Shown here: in pieces, positions 9,857 to 22,506 of the stretch | How the letters are laid out: each line of letters begins with the position of its first letter | Numbering within the stretch: position 1 is the first letter of the stretch | Assembly (NCBI GenBank): GCA_010093815.1 | Contig: ML996567.1 | From: Pseudovirgaria hyperparasitica | Lineage: Eukaryota | Reading direction: 5' to 3' (one strand) | Length of the DNA: 64,000 nt | Made by a program: the position numbers and the translations under genes | The notes under the pieces: model-generated | The model's input: only the letters and a program-made list of their open reading frames with translations | What the model was told of the DNA's origin: nothing | Database searches by the model: none

Positions 9857-10474
9857 GGGGAGAGGGGAGGGGGGTCTGGGGTTGGTGGGAGGGGGTGTTG
9901 GGGTTGGGGAGGGAGGGGTGGAGATCACAAGAACGCTGCGTCGTTGTAGTATAGTACAATCAACATTGCATTTGCTTTCATCATCTTCTCTACCTGTCTT
10001 GCCGTAACTGTGTCTTGGCTATACGTGCGTAATGCTCCCAGACTACGTATGTGGTAAGAAGGACGTCTGCACAAGGGCCATATACGTGATATTCACTCTC
10101 TTTGTTTGCAGTTCAGTAGTTCTTTCATATCGATACGTCTAAATACACGGTAAGTAGGAGCATTCAAAGCAATTCTCCCGCGCTATCCATACCATAAAGC
10201 AGAGTCCTAGACAGTAATTCAACGACTACTCTCCATACTCGATATAGCATCCATGATATCCATCCAAAGAAGTCACAGCTTAGATTATAGGATATTTCTC
10301 TGCCAGTATGGAGCCTATATGTACCAGTCACCTACATACCATCCCCACGAAACAGCATGAGAAGACATAGATGACCTATACACACACGTAAGAGACAAGG
10401 AAACCAAGAGACAAAGGAAAAAAGGAGATAAGAGAGAGAATTATAGTGAAAGACGAGCCGCCATGCTCCCCCTT

Positions 10475-11284
10475 TCATGGCCCAAACCCCACCTCAGACC
10501 GTGTGTCGCTGTCTCGGGAGTGTACCCTCACGAGCATCTCCTCCGGAAGCGAGCATCGATTACACCTATACTCGGCAGTGGAAAGGTGCGCAGCCATGGT
10601 GCCCAGAAAGACATTTATGATTGAAGCGGACCGGGAAGGGCGCAGACGTGCTGGCTCGGTATGCTGTCGTACATCAGCACACGCCGTAGTAAAGGGAGAA
10701 AACGAAGAAGAAGAAGAAGAAGAAGAAGAAGAAGAAGAAGAAGAAGAAGAAGAAGAAGAAGAAGAAGAAGAAGCAAAGGGCGGCGATGCGACATGCGGAG
10801 ACACATCATAGTTGGGCGAACAAGATCGCGGGGAGGGAGGTTCAGGGTGGGAAAGTGGCAGAACAGGCGAGGAAGGTTGCGGGGAAAGAATGTGTGGAGG
10901 AGCAAGTTGCTCCATATCAGAAGCCGGGGCAGTAGGAAGTGCCGCAAGAGCAGCGCTCTCTTCCTTCTCTCGCCTCTTCGCCGCATGTCGTGCCTCGCAG
11001 TCTGGGCAGTAGCCATAGATAAGCTCGCGGTCGAAGTCGGCGGCTTTGCAGACTTTGGGCGGAGATGCGGCCGGGCAGCGAACGAGATAGGAGCCGGAGC
11101 CGGGTTTGTTGGTGGATTGGTGGCCACAGCCGTATTGCTTGGGGGACTGCAGTTAGTATCGATAATCAGGGGGACGGAGGGAAAACAATATATGGGAAGT
11201 GAGCAGGAAGAAGAAAAGCAAGGGACGAAAGAGTGAAAAAGAAAAAAAGGATACTGGGCTCACAATGTAGTGGTATTTGCACAT
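10475..11284 (-). CDS. Cys/His-rich protein (MC..CGH..C..C..CPDC) with a poly-Ser tract, ~230 aa; exons 11284-11264, 11146-10475
   Basis: ATG at 11284 (MCKYHYI); intron GTGAG...CTAACTGCAG at 11263-11147; then SPKQYGCGHQ...YCPDCEAR reads in frame into ORF 10475-10915. Confidence 0.75.
10704..10772. repeat. (GAA)23 microsatellite
   Basis: Perfect trinucleotide run read directly from the sequence. Confidence 0.97.
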
Positions 11285-12833
11285 TGAGTGTGCCTTGTCG
11301 AGACTGACGTCTCAGAGACCTGGGAAGATTGTGTTCAGGGGCTCTGATTTTCGAAAGTAGTATAACGGTAACGTAGCAGCGGCAATAGCAGCAGTATCAG
11401 TCGTGAGCGGTAAGCAGATCCTAGCGTATAATACTTCTAGACACGTTGGGAACGACAGACTTGAGGTATCAAGGAGTGCAGTGCTAAGGTAGAGAGAGAA
11501 AGTCTTACTGAGTGGTAGATCCGCACTCTATATACTGAAAGACAGGCAAGACTGCTGTCCTGCGATTTGGAAATGTACCCATCACGTTTCCGTATCTCCT
11601 CACCTGTCAAAGGTTAAGATCGAGCAGAAGTGTATGTACGAGGTCGGGAAGTATCTTAAACATAGGTAAATACGCGCGTGATAGAAGCGAGTTGGGGTTC
11701 AGAGGCATATATTCACCCTCTCGTGTCCAATATCAAGGGGGTGGAAGTTCGTAAATACGGACTGGATCTGTCACATAGCTATGTAGAGGCACAGGAGCCC
11801 AGTGTACGAAGGGCACGAGGTTGGAGGATCTAGGGGAATCGGAGATGACATCAGTCCGTGCGATACTGGACTATCTGGGTGAAGCTCGAGCAGCTCTGTG
11901 ACGTCGAGTGCCCATGCACAGTGAGGCTTCACAGCGAGAAAGGTGTGCAGTAGGTCTTGTCCTGGATGGATCCCTGGACTTTGACTTCAGCAAACGTTAT
12001 CGAGGGAACTTATGCTCAACGCCAAACTGACATGAGTGAACGACGTTTAGATTGCTCACGAAAGGGTGAAGTTTCACAGCACAGTAAAACTATGGGCCAT
12101 CCAAGATCCAGGACACAGCTTTCCCAGATTCCCTAGAACCCCTGTGTCGGAGAAAACAATGTGAACTTTTCACGTATATACAGGGCCTATGAATTCTGAT
12201 TTTCATCCGGGCGTAGCACTGTCAACCGGACTCAGAATTCAAGACCTTTAGACTGCTTCCGATGGCCCATGAATAAGCTGCTGACTACAATAAGCACTGA
12301 AACGTTCCAGGCTTAGTTCAAGCACACATTGTGGCGCCCATTGCTTCTCTTCTTTTATCAACGCTCACCAAGGCACACTGAAACTATAACAACCTTTGAC
12401 CTTTCGTTAGCAAGATCATGTAATTCAAGGAGGACATTTACTCATGCCTGAAGTTGGTATCCAATCACGTGTGGCGAAATGAGACTTCAAGCTGTACGGT
12501 GCCATGATGTGCCTGGGTATATTGCTCTACGAACTTCATCCTTACTATTTTCTTGCCATTCAAAGCTGACTAGATCTAAGGTACCTACCTTCACGTCATA
12601 CAAATGACTTTTGATGGCGAATGTGAAATTGTATCAATCGCTTTTAGGCGAATAATGTCACTCACTCACGATCGAGATGAACCAGCGAACCCTTCGCGCC
12701 TTTCCAATGTTCTTAGCTCGCCATCTTTACCCTGTCTAAATTTTCGCTGAGACGGGTCCAGCTATCAATTTCACTACGACCCAGAATCATCCCACCCTCT
12801 ACCCAATTCCTAGTGAAGAAGATGAAAGTTATG

Positions 12834-13559
12834 TCAAGGCTTGTGCGGCCATCCCTTCCTAGTTTTTGGTGATCGCAAAGCACCCCACTCATCTTTCTTC
12901 GGTGGCCTAAATAATTTTGTGGGTGCCATCGTCCAATCGCCATCCCATGGTCCAAAGTGTGGAGCCCCCTCTGGCTTCGGGCCATGCTCAGACGTCTCCA
13001 GCTCTACAGCGATGTCTTCACTCGCACGGGCCATTGCTATATCTTTGCTGCTCAGCCCTTTCGGGAAGTTTGTAGTCCAAGTCAGGCTCAGGTCGCGGTT
13101 GTGGGTAACTTCGATTATAGGGTGGTGGTTTGATTGCTCTGCAAGGGCGGCAATGCGCGTTATGAAGAGGATAGCGCGATGATATGTGGGAAAACGGTAG
13201 GTACGATGAAGGGCATGAGAGCTCCAGACAATGTAGCGGGTTTGCTGAAGGAGAGGGTCGAGGTTGCGTCGGACTTCGTCGACAGATTCGGTAGGAGCGA
13301 CACGTACGCTCTGGAGTTGGTGCTGATATTCGGATATGTTAGTGGAGGTGGTATTCGACACTTCAACATTGTAGCTCGCTGTACTGGACGAGAAGAGGCA
13401 TGCGGTCGAGGAACGATGGATGATAGGAACGGAGAAGGAGCTGCTCAAGACACGGCTTGTGGGCAATTTGAAACTGCAGATGAGTCAGTATGCTACTGAG
13501 TATGACCTGTGATGTGAGACGTACCATGACGGCGTGAGACAACGCCGTGTGGCAAGCAT
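12834..13559 (-). CDS. Pterin-4-alpha-carbinolamine dehydratase family protein, probably mitochondrial; exons 13559-13525, 13473-12834
   Basis: LHRTYRF...AEQSNHHP...TWTT...GLSSKDIAMA signature; intron 13524-13474 gives an R/S-rich presequence MLATRRCLTPSCFKLPTSR. One usually conserved His (TTH) reads TTN here. Confidence 0.85.
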
Positions 13560-14817
13560 GAATATAGTAAGAAATGTATGAGGCCGGGTATATGACAATA
13601 TAAATTCCGAGATGCGATGTCCACGGACGGGTCGCAACGTGAGGTCCTCCAATGGAAGATAGAGAAGGTCGGGAGACGTCTACAGCCACTTTAAGCTTAA
13701 GCCTTGTAACCCTTGTCAAGCACGAGGATGATGGAGCATGCAAGTGGTTCAGCAGCTAGTCAGTCAGTCAGTCATCCAACTCCTCTAAGCAGACACAGCT
13801 TGAGTCAGCCATACAATACACGAATGGCGTCGCTGAGGGATTGGGGAGGAGCGATTTCTGCCAATTCTAGCAGAGTTGCGCCAATTGGGGAACAGTTTGG
13901 CCGTATTGAGTGTGAGTGTTGAGGCCGTTCTTCGTGCCGTTAGTGACCTATGTTGTGTTGCATTCCGTTCGGACCAAACTTCCGGACCTCAGAAATGTTT
14001 AGTCAGCATATTCCTCGTATCGAGCAGCCAAATTGGGGCAAGAAGTATCTGATATCTACATTGGAGTGAATACTATATTGCTGCACAGGTAGCCTCCAGA
14101 GAGTGTATTAACCATTCTATATTCCTCAAGTAACAAATGAGTCTGTCACATATGGTACTAGTCATTATTAACGACCTTCGATATTACACTCCATATCTAA
14201 TATCAAGAGCCCGGTGTTACTGCGGGGAAGGCTCGGTATTAGGTAATCAGAAACAGAAAACGACGCCAAGCGCGGCCGACCAAGACCCGACTTTGCCGAC
14301 CCCCAATGGCAAAGTCCCGCCAACACTACAAAAACCCAAGCTGCCCCTCGGATATCAGGAGTAGTCAGCCCTCACCTAAGCAGACATCCCGATACCACCG
14401 CCTCAAAGGTAATGTGCTTCCATCTCTCTGGTCGAACCTCTACACTCTCTCGTTATTGCAATATCACTTCGAGTTCTTTCTTCGTCCTTTTGTGAAGCTG
14501 TCCGGTTGTTATTCAACACCTTGTCCTCAACAGTGCTACCCTCATGACACCACTACATCTTCACAATAGCTATGACCGTGCGACTGACCATGGCGCCAGT
14601 CGCGTACATCGATCGCCGACGAGAGTCTCCCAGTGCTGCGAAGGACCCGACGACCACCATCGACGTAGATCTAAATAGTGACTTCTAGCCTCAAAGAGCC
14701 TTTGCCACCATCCAACAACACGTCGGGCGCTTTGCATTGCGACCAAATCGCATCCTCCATCGCGCCGCACATAGCAAGAAGCTGTCAGTTGTGCGCCTCT
14801 GACCAGGTCACGGTACA

Positions 14818-15765
14818 ATGCAACACGCTCAGGTAAGCCGAGAGACTCAGAGGCGCCGCATCTATACCAATTTTGTATTCTATGACGAAGCTAAATGCTG
14901 ACAAATGTGACAGGACCCTAAGCCGACCATAGAAATGAGTACGTCCCATCCCAGCGAACGTCCGAATGTCTCATGTTCCGACGAATGCGATGACTGAGCA
15001 TTACCGATTACTAACGTCGTCTTTTCCACCGTACATAGGTCTCAGAGAACACCTCCTTGCTGCCGGGGCTGGCCAGCCCACAGCTCCAGTCACACCAGTA
15101 CACCAAGGTCACGGCATTGGTGTCGGTCACCAAGATCATCATATCGACCCCGCCATTTCGGGATCGGCAGGGTACGGCATGAGTCCAGATGACGATGGAC
15201 ACCTGAGTAGTGAAGGTCGAAAAGGCAGGCGAGAGCTGTCAACATCCAAGCGTGCTGCGCAAAATAGGGCCGCTCAGGTAAAGTCTCCTAAGGCGGTTGC
15301 ATACCGACATATATAACACATGCTGACAAGCAATTTGTGTAGCGCGCTTTCCGTCAACGCAAAGAGGAGTACATCAAGTCATTGAAAGACCAAGTAAAGG
15401 AGTACGAGACACTCGCGGAAACATACAAAGCTGTGCAACAGGAGAACTATCAGCTACGAGACTACATCATCAGTCTCCAGTCCAAGCTACTCGAATCCCA
15501 AGGCACCGTACCCCCACCGCCAGATAACGTCGATCTCTCCCGGCCAAACGCTGCACTGGAATCAATCCAGCACTCCGCGCCTTCCGAACCCTCGGCGCCT
15601 CCACCATCCACTGCGCCCACCGCTACCATGACACCCGTGGCCATCAACCAGCTGCAGCAAGCAGCCGCGCAGGCATCCGCTCACGACGTGAACAACAACG
15701 GTACGCCATACGACTTTTCTAGTAGTTCTTTGTTCCGGCTCGCACAAGGCATGACACCCGCATGA
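14818..15765 (+). CDS. kapC: bZIP transcription factor (KapC-like); exons 14818-14832, 14914-14938, 15039-15277, 15343-~15765 (3' end uncertain; possible extra intron from 15701)
   Basis: LSTSKRAAQNRAAQ|RAFRQRKEEYIKSL basic region and ENYQLRDYIISLQSKLLESQG; three canonical introns keep the frame. Confidence 0.85.
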
Positions 15766-16943
15766 GTAGCGTCGAATATCTATATATATCACACACTTGA
15801 CAGCGCCTTCACCTTTTTTGCCCTACGCAAACTACCAGTCAGCCCTTCACACAGCATCTCTACGCATAAATCAGCTTTGACTCAAAAAAAGCGCCCATCG
15901 CTAACGGCCTCCTCGTAGATTCGAAGCCTCATCATTACGGGGATGCATGAAAAAAATAAACACACACACAAAAATGTAATATGAATCCTCGTCCCCAAAG
16001 TTGAGTTCAAAGAAAAAAAACAAAAACAAAAGGATACTTTTTCAGGCTTTGGGCTCAACATGAGGAAGGATTGCGCCGAGAGCTTTACACTTTTTTGTGT
16101 CTTTTGGGGGGGGGGGGGGGGAAAGGTGGCGTTGTGCTTGATATATATGATATCTGTCTCGGCGTGCCAAATTCGCTGCTCAAGAGTTGCCCTACCGTGC
16201 ACGCATGGCGTTTTTTTTCGTTTTAAAAGGGAGGTGGTGTTTTGACTGTTGCATCGACGTGGTCTCCCTTCTTTTTTCCTTTTTCGGTTCGTTGGAAGAA
16301 TTCGGGGATACATGTCTATTTTAGTTTTCTTTTGGAGGCGGTCTCCTGTATGGCTTGCTGGATGGATGGATGATATGCTTAGCGTAGACCAGGTAGTATA
16401 ATACTTGGTGTTTCTATGCCATTCCTTTACCAAGATGCATTCCTGTGGTTGCTGATCGACAGAGGACAAGTCCCTGAGGTTCACCATGTGGCTACTACCT
16501 ACCTATCCATGTACGAAAGTGACGTGGACGATCGTCTAGCTCAGTTGAACATGTCCGCCCGTGAACGGCGAGTTTTTTTTTGGATTTTTCATCTGATCTG
16601 ATCCGAGTCAGGAAGAAACAAGCAGGTATTAATTCTTGATTCGAAAGTTGAAGGTCTAATTATAATGCTATTCTGATACGGCATGTATGCTCGCCATGTA
16701 CATAATCAATACCGGTTCTGGCTAGTAATCAGAGTCTACACCCTCCTGGGCTCTATAACGAAGAGAGCTCTCAAAAAACGCCACGCGATGCAAATATGTA
16801 CTGTACTGTTCCTGAGCCGGTTCCACGCCTTGGTAATGTTCCGGGGGTCACTGTCGGCGTCCGAAACAGTGACCCGGTCCAAGTCAAATTCCCAACAAGA
16901 GTATCAAGTCCTGCCCTATTGGGCGAGTCCTGCAGGGGGAAAT

Positions 16944-18043
16944 CTACTGGACCTTCTTCATAGCACGCTGCTTGGCGATCTTGCGCTCGCGGCGTCTCTT
17001 TGACGCTTCGGGTCCGCTCTCGGTGTCCATGACGTAGTCCCACCACCTGAAGCTACTCGCATAGTTGCCAATAAACCGCTCATGATGCTCATCATGATGC
17101 TCAGCGCCAGCCCAGAATGGCAAAAAGTGGTGCAGACTCCAAGGGAACTCATAACCAGAATGCGCGTCGATTGCCTGGAACAGACGGAACACAATCCACA
17201 CATACATGGTCAGAATGTGCAGATCCTTAGTGATTGCGCACCACAATATGGGCGAGCCAACCGTGCCGATACCTAGACACATGACTTCGATTGGCGACGC
17301 GTATTCTGCGGCAAGACCAAAGGGTGCTGAGTATTGATGGTGAATTTTGTGGATGTATTTGTAGAGCGGGCCCCAGTGCATGGCGCGGTGCGACCAGTAG
17401 TGCCAGGCATCTTCCATGACGAAGAATATGCAGATTTGGTAGGCCATTTTGAGCACGGATGGAAAAGGGACGGTGGTGCTCAAGCCCCAGTACTGAGCCG
17501 TGGGATGGAAAAGCCTGTATTGAGTCAATAAGCAGTAGACTAGCGGGTCGATATTGGTATACGCACCATATTTGAGGAAGTTCAACAGTGAAGTGACTGA
17601 GGAAAACAAGAGCAGCGCATTGCCACTGTTCTTTCGCGGTTGGAATTTTATTCTAATAGCGCATCAGTCTCGCAGTTACGTTTATATGACTGCTGTCGCG
17701 TGTGACACATACAGCTTGAATCTTCCAGCGTCTAAAGTATGGGATCAGATCGATGATGATCCAAGGTAAAGATCGACCGAAGTAGATGGCCTCGTGCATC
17801 ACGAAGCTCATGATTCCCGTCGCGAGGACATCGTTTTGCATGTATGTGTACCAGGCGAGCCACAGCTGCTCGGCGTAGTTAAGGGAGACATGGGCCTTGG
17901 AGATCTCTTCGACTTGGACCCAATAGCTGTCTTGAGGTGGCACTACTTGCGAGTGCAAAATATCTGTTGAGTTCCTACAAAGCGCAAAAGTTAGGAGGTG
18001 GGACGATTCGGTTATAGCAAGGAGTCGGGTGCAGTACGTACAT
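16944..18043 (-). CDS. ERG25: C-4 methylsterol oxidase; exons 18043-18042, 17974-17713, 17652-17567, 17514-16944
   Basis: His boxes HYWSH, HKIHH and [21 protein letters not shown] restored across introns. Confidence 0.96.
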
Positions 18044-18765
18044 CTTGTGTGCTGGTCTATCCTGACTGCTGAGAGGATAGGAGCACGAGGCAGCGGGAGA
18101 TGAAAGGTTATATACAATCAGGAGTAAGAGAGGAATAAAATTAGGCAAAGACCGAGGCGAAGGTGGAAAGTTGCTTGACAGAAAACCACACCATTTAGGG
18201 ATCCACGGTTGAGCCCCTTCCGAGAGCGGCGAAATTCCCAAATAGGGTGTGGCCAGCCAATGAAAAGAGCTGGACTCCTGCATTACCCACTTTTCCATGC
18301 AGTACAGGGTCCCGCCAATCATGCCACCCCCAACCCCGACTCGTTCCGGATCTTGTATAGTCACGTGAGTAAACACTAAAACATGATATTCTCCTGGACC
18401 CTGACTCTCCACTATTCACACTCGCCATGGCCGACTATGAGGTCTCACCCGGTGATGACGATGTTACATATGCTGGAGGCGCATTCACAACATGCAAAAT
18501 TCTGTCCCGCCACTTATACAATCATCTAGCTAACAATAACGAAAACTCAGTCAGATCTCACTAATACCAACATGACGTGCATGACTTTGGAAGTCCTAAT
18601 CGAACCCGACTCGGGGTCTATATTCCATTCCCATAAAAACGGAGAGTTTCTATATCTGGCACAAACGTCCAACGTTTGCTAAGCTACACCATCGCTGCAA
18701 CATTGCCTGTACGAAACACAGACAGTGGCATGTCCTTTTGATGGTTCCTATTCGCTGTTCAATCG

Positions 18766-21700
18766 TCATTCAAATGCTTCCCTTTCTTCCTCAGGCAGCC
18801 GATCCCTCAGCCACGCTAAGACAGCCTCCGTTCCCTTGCGGAGCACTTGATAGCCTGGCACTCTAAATGTGTTCCCTTCGACGTTGAGCCCCGTAAGCCG
18901 TCCTGCCAGCAATCCGATTCTGGCATCAAGCTTTTCAATGCTGTTGTTGCTCAGATCTACCACCTTTAGCCCTTCTAGAACCTTGGCTTCCACCGTGTCT
19001 ATAGCATTGTCGGCTACTTGCAAAGCAAACAGGTTGGGAAAAGCAGTCTTTAGCGCCGGCAAGGCACCGTCTAACTTGTTATAAGTAAGATCGAGTGTTT
19101 GCAGATTGGGTGCTGAGAGATGCGTTTGCAGGTTTGCTAATGCAGAATTTGTGATTCTGTTTCCTGCAAGCTTAAGGTCGCGTAGGAATGGTAAAGACAA
19201 CTGCGCCTCCAAGGCTAGAGAGATGTTGTTGTGGGATAAGTTCAGTACTGTGAGAGTGACGGATAACTCCAGAGCTTGGGGTATACACTCAAACTGATTT
19301 TGCTGGAGGTTCAGCTGTTTGATATCGTATTTGGTAGCGAAAGCTCCAAACTCTTCCTCTGGAAGCGAACACAAGGACTTCTTTGACAGATCAAGAGTTC
19401 CCGATGGCGTCAACTTCCACCCGTTGTCGTGACCTCCACCTTCCGATACCAAGTCAGACTCCAACTCGTCTAAAGTCGATGTCTGCCCTTCAGCGTCCTG
19501 AGCTGGTACCAGCTTGGCGCGCAAGTGTTGTTTCAGATCGCTAGTCACCATTGTAAGATACTTGCGCTCTCGGAGTGGGTTGGCGGCAAGTGATATAGTA
19601 TCAAGGCTCTCCATGAGCGCTATGCGATCATCGACCTTTGAAATGTCGTTGCTCGAAAAGTCTGCCTTTTTAACATTCAAAAGCTCGACGAAGCCTTCTG
19701 GTAGATCTTGTAATTTATTCTCGCCCGCTAAGATAGTCACCAGGCTCCTACATCCTGATATGTCTGGAAGTGACGATATTCTGTTTACAGATAGGTCTAG
19801 GGTCTGGAGTGCTGAGAGCTGAAGACGTGAGTCAGTCGTCAAACTTGTCAGGGAGTTGCCAGACACATTGAGAGCCTGCAGTGATGTGTTCTCCATCGAT
19901 CCAGAAATTAAGACGCCTTGGAGGTTGTTCTTCACTGCACTAATCTGCACGATGGGTAGCGCTAGGAGAACCTCCATATCAAGCGATGTAAGTCGATTAC
20001 TCGTAACATTGAGCACGTGGAGGTTGACGAGTTCACTCATGTCTGCAGGTAGTTCTGTGAGCTGATTACCCTGCAGGTCCAAGTTTTGTAAATTGCTCAA
20101 TCTGCCAATAGAGTCGGTAGGTAAACTGCCTTGCAAGTCGTTCTCGGCGACTTTTAGCTCCTTCAAGCTCAAGATTTGCCCAATAATCTCAAAGGCCGCA
20201 ATTTTCAGACGATTACGAGACTAAACATTGTTAAAAAGCATCCTAGCTTGTCATGAAGAAGGGCTACTGGACGTACAAGGTTGAGACTGGTCAATTGCGA
20301 CATCCGCCGCAGGCCTAGAGGAATGCTCCCCAGCTTGTTCCCATGCAAATCAAGAAATTCGACCCCAGCGAATTGCATGTTTGGCGCATCTTCATCAAGA
20401 GATGCAGCCTGTGGATCCACATCCGGAAAAACAAGGTCGGAGATATTCTCAAGATCATTATCGGCAGCGTTAAACCTCACTAGGTCAACAACTTCCCCCC
20501 AAGCAATAGAGCTTGATTGATTCGAATCGAATTCATACATCTTCAACACTACCTCGGGGATTTCACTGAGACCCATAGCTGATATGTTCAACCTGCCGTC
20601 TGATCGCGCTGCGTCAACGCGTTTTCGAATGACAGCATCACCGCCTTTCGGCATCTGGTTAAATGGATCGTTATCCAACCCAAAGTCAAATTGAGCATTC
20701 GCAATGCTATCAGTAGGGGCTGTTTTTGCTGCTACAGCTTTTCGAGCTGCCTTTGCTTTAGCTATCTGATCTCGCAGAGCTGCGGAAGAAGTCGATGCTT
20801 TCCGAGCAGAACTATCAGAATCAACCTGCAGCGATTCTTTCTGCACGGGCTTTGTTGTGCGACGCACAGGAGTCGAGGTAGTCGATGGTGCTCGAGACTT
20901 ATCAAATAGTCCATTAAGACTAGGTCGTGGCTTTAGTGTTGCTAGCGAGTTCGAGGTTCTTGTGCTGCGGACACTCGATGGAGCTTGAACAGAGGACGTA
21001 TTGCTCGTCCGAGACGGCTGTCTCAAGGTCTGACTAGGCTTCCTTGGGATCGCAGCACTTACGCTTCGCTTCCCTGGGGCAGTCATGGAACCCTTCAGTG
21101 CTACATTCTCACTCTTCGCTGATGACGGTGTCGCAGGTAAGCGCGATACACTGGCGGAGAACGCCCCATCACTTGTATCTGGCCTTTTGTTATAGTGACC
21201 GAGAGCTGATGAGGAACGCGATGGTGGTCTAAGAGGGCTTTCAGGGCTAAAGATGCTCGATTGCCGCCGTCGAGGTGCCGGTGACGCTGGAACTTGGGAG
21301 AGACTTTCTATGGTTCGATCAGATAGCGAAGGTCGTGACTTCTTTGCGGTGGGTTTCTTGTCCTTTGGTGGCGTTTTGTTTGTGAATTCGATGTGGTCGT
21401 CTTCTCGAAAACTTGCCCGCGACGATGCTCTCGAGGAAGCCCTAAATCCGTCGAGGGAACCCAATACATCCTCCTGTTGCTGCTGTGCTCTATTCTGACT
21501 TGCTATCCTCTGCTGGGACTGCACTCGTGCTTGTCTCGAAGGAGGCCGTCCAATTGGCTTCTTGAATAAGTTGTCATCTTGGCGAGGTGTAGCTCTCGAT
21601 GTCGCTGTGCTTGTAGTTACGCTTGTCCCACGAGTTAGACCAGAAGTACGGCGGAGACTCGCGGATCCTGTAGGGCTGCTGAATGAGCTCTGGGAGGGTT

Positions 21701-21836
21701 TTTTGCGCAATGTGTCTACAGACGCAGTAGGTCTTAATCTTGACGGGGTCAAGGAACCGGCCGGAGAAGGTTTCGGGACAGGGAGCTTGGACAGTCTAGG
21801 AATGCCCGAAGGTCGTGGCGGAATGTTCGGATCCAT
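18766..21836 (-). CDS. Leucine-rich repeat protein (LRRC40-like C-terminal half) with a long S/P/R-rich N-terminus; exons 21836-20277, 20220-18766
   Basis: Many LxxLxLxxNxL repeats; intron 20276-20221 joins the two ORFs in frame. Confidence 0.9.
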
Positions 21837-22131
21837 GCTTTCAGGATAGGGGCAGCATAACAGGAATTCTCGCTCTTTTTTAGTAATTCCTGGGCCTGAG
21901 CCCTTGAAGGAGGCGCGGAGAAGCTCCAAGAATATTCGGAATCAACGACCGATGGATGGTAAGGGGCGCCAGCGCCAGGACCAGTATGCGCTGGGAATGC
22001 TTGTTGCCCGCGTAACGCCTTAAGGCACAGATATGTTGATATGGATGTTATTTATGTGGGGCCTGCGTTTGCGGGGAGGCTGGAGCTGGGCTGGGGGACG
22101 CACCCACGTAACGCACGCGCTCACTACTAAT

Positions 22132-22153
22132 TACTACTACTACTACTACTACT
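22132..22153. repeat. (TAC)7 microsatellite in a divergent promoter
   Basis: Read directly from the sequence. Confidence 0.9.
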
Positions 22154-22506
22154 CTATCTTCGACCCGGTCCGCTGTCCATTATCGTCCCCTCGAACTCGT
22201 CTCGAGACTTACACACTTCAATCCCCTATCAAAGACACTATCAACGCGCACTCCGATCATAACAACATCGCATTTCGCATAGCTATTGACGTGGTCTGAT
22301 TGCTTCAACACACGCCTTCGTGACTAGAAACGCGCTCGCGACGCGACCCCGCGCATCATCTCGCGCATCCAGCTACACCTATCTGCAAGGCCGATACTAT
22401 CTCTATCGCAACAACTATCAAAGTCCCCTTCCGGTCAGTCTATGCGTACATTTCGACGTGGCACGGGAGACTACTTGCGAGGCCTATAAAGGGCGCCGCA
22501 GCCATC

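Noticed and set aside
8795..9928. 377-aa minus-strand ORF and other overlapping ORFs
   Set aside because: Antisense or alternate-frame shadows of the GC-biased gene at 8256-9856; low-complexity translations.
10446..11236. Poly-Glu, poly-Arg and poly-Leu ORFs
   Set aside because: Alternate frames across the (GAA)23 repeat; only the poly-Ser frame has splice-site and motif support.
11300..12800. Possible gene in this intergenic stretch
   Set aside because: No credible ORF, splice model or motif found by eye.
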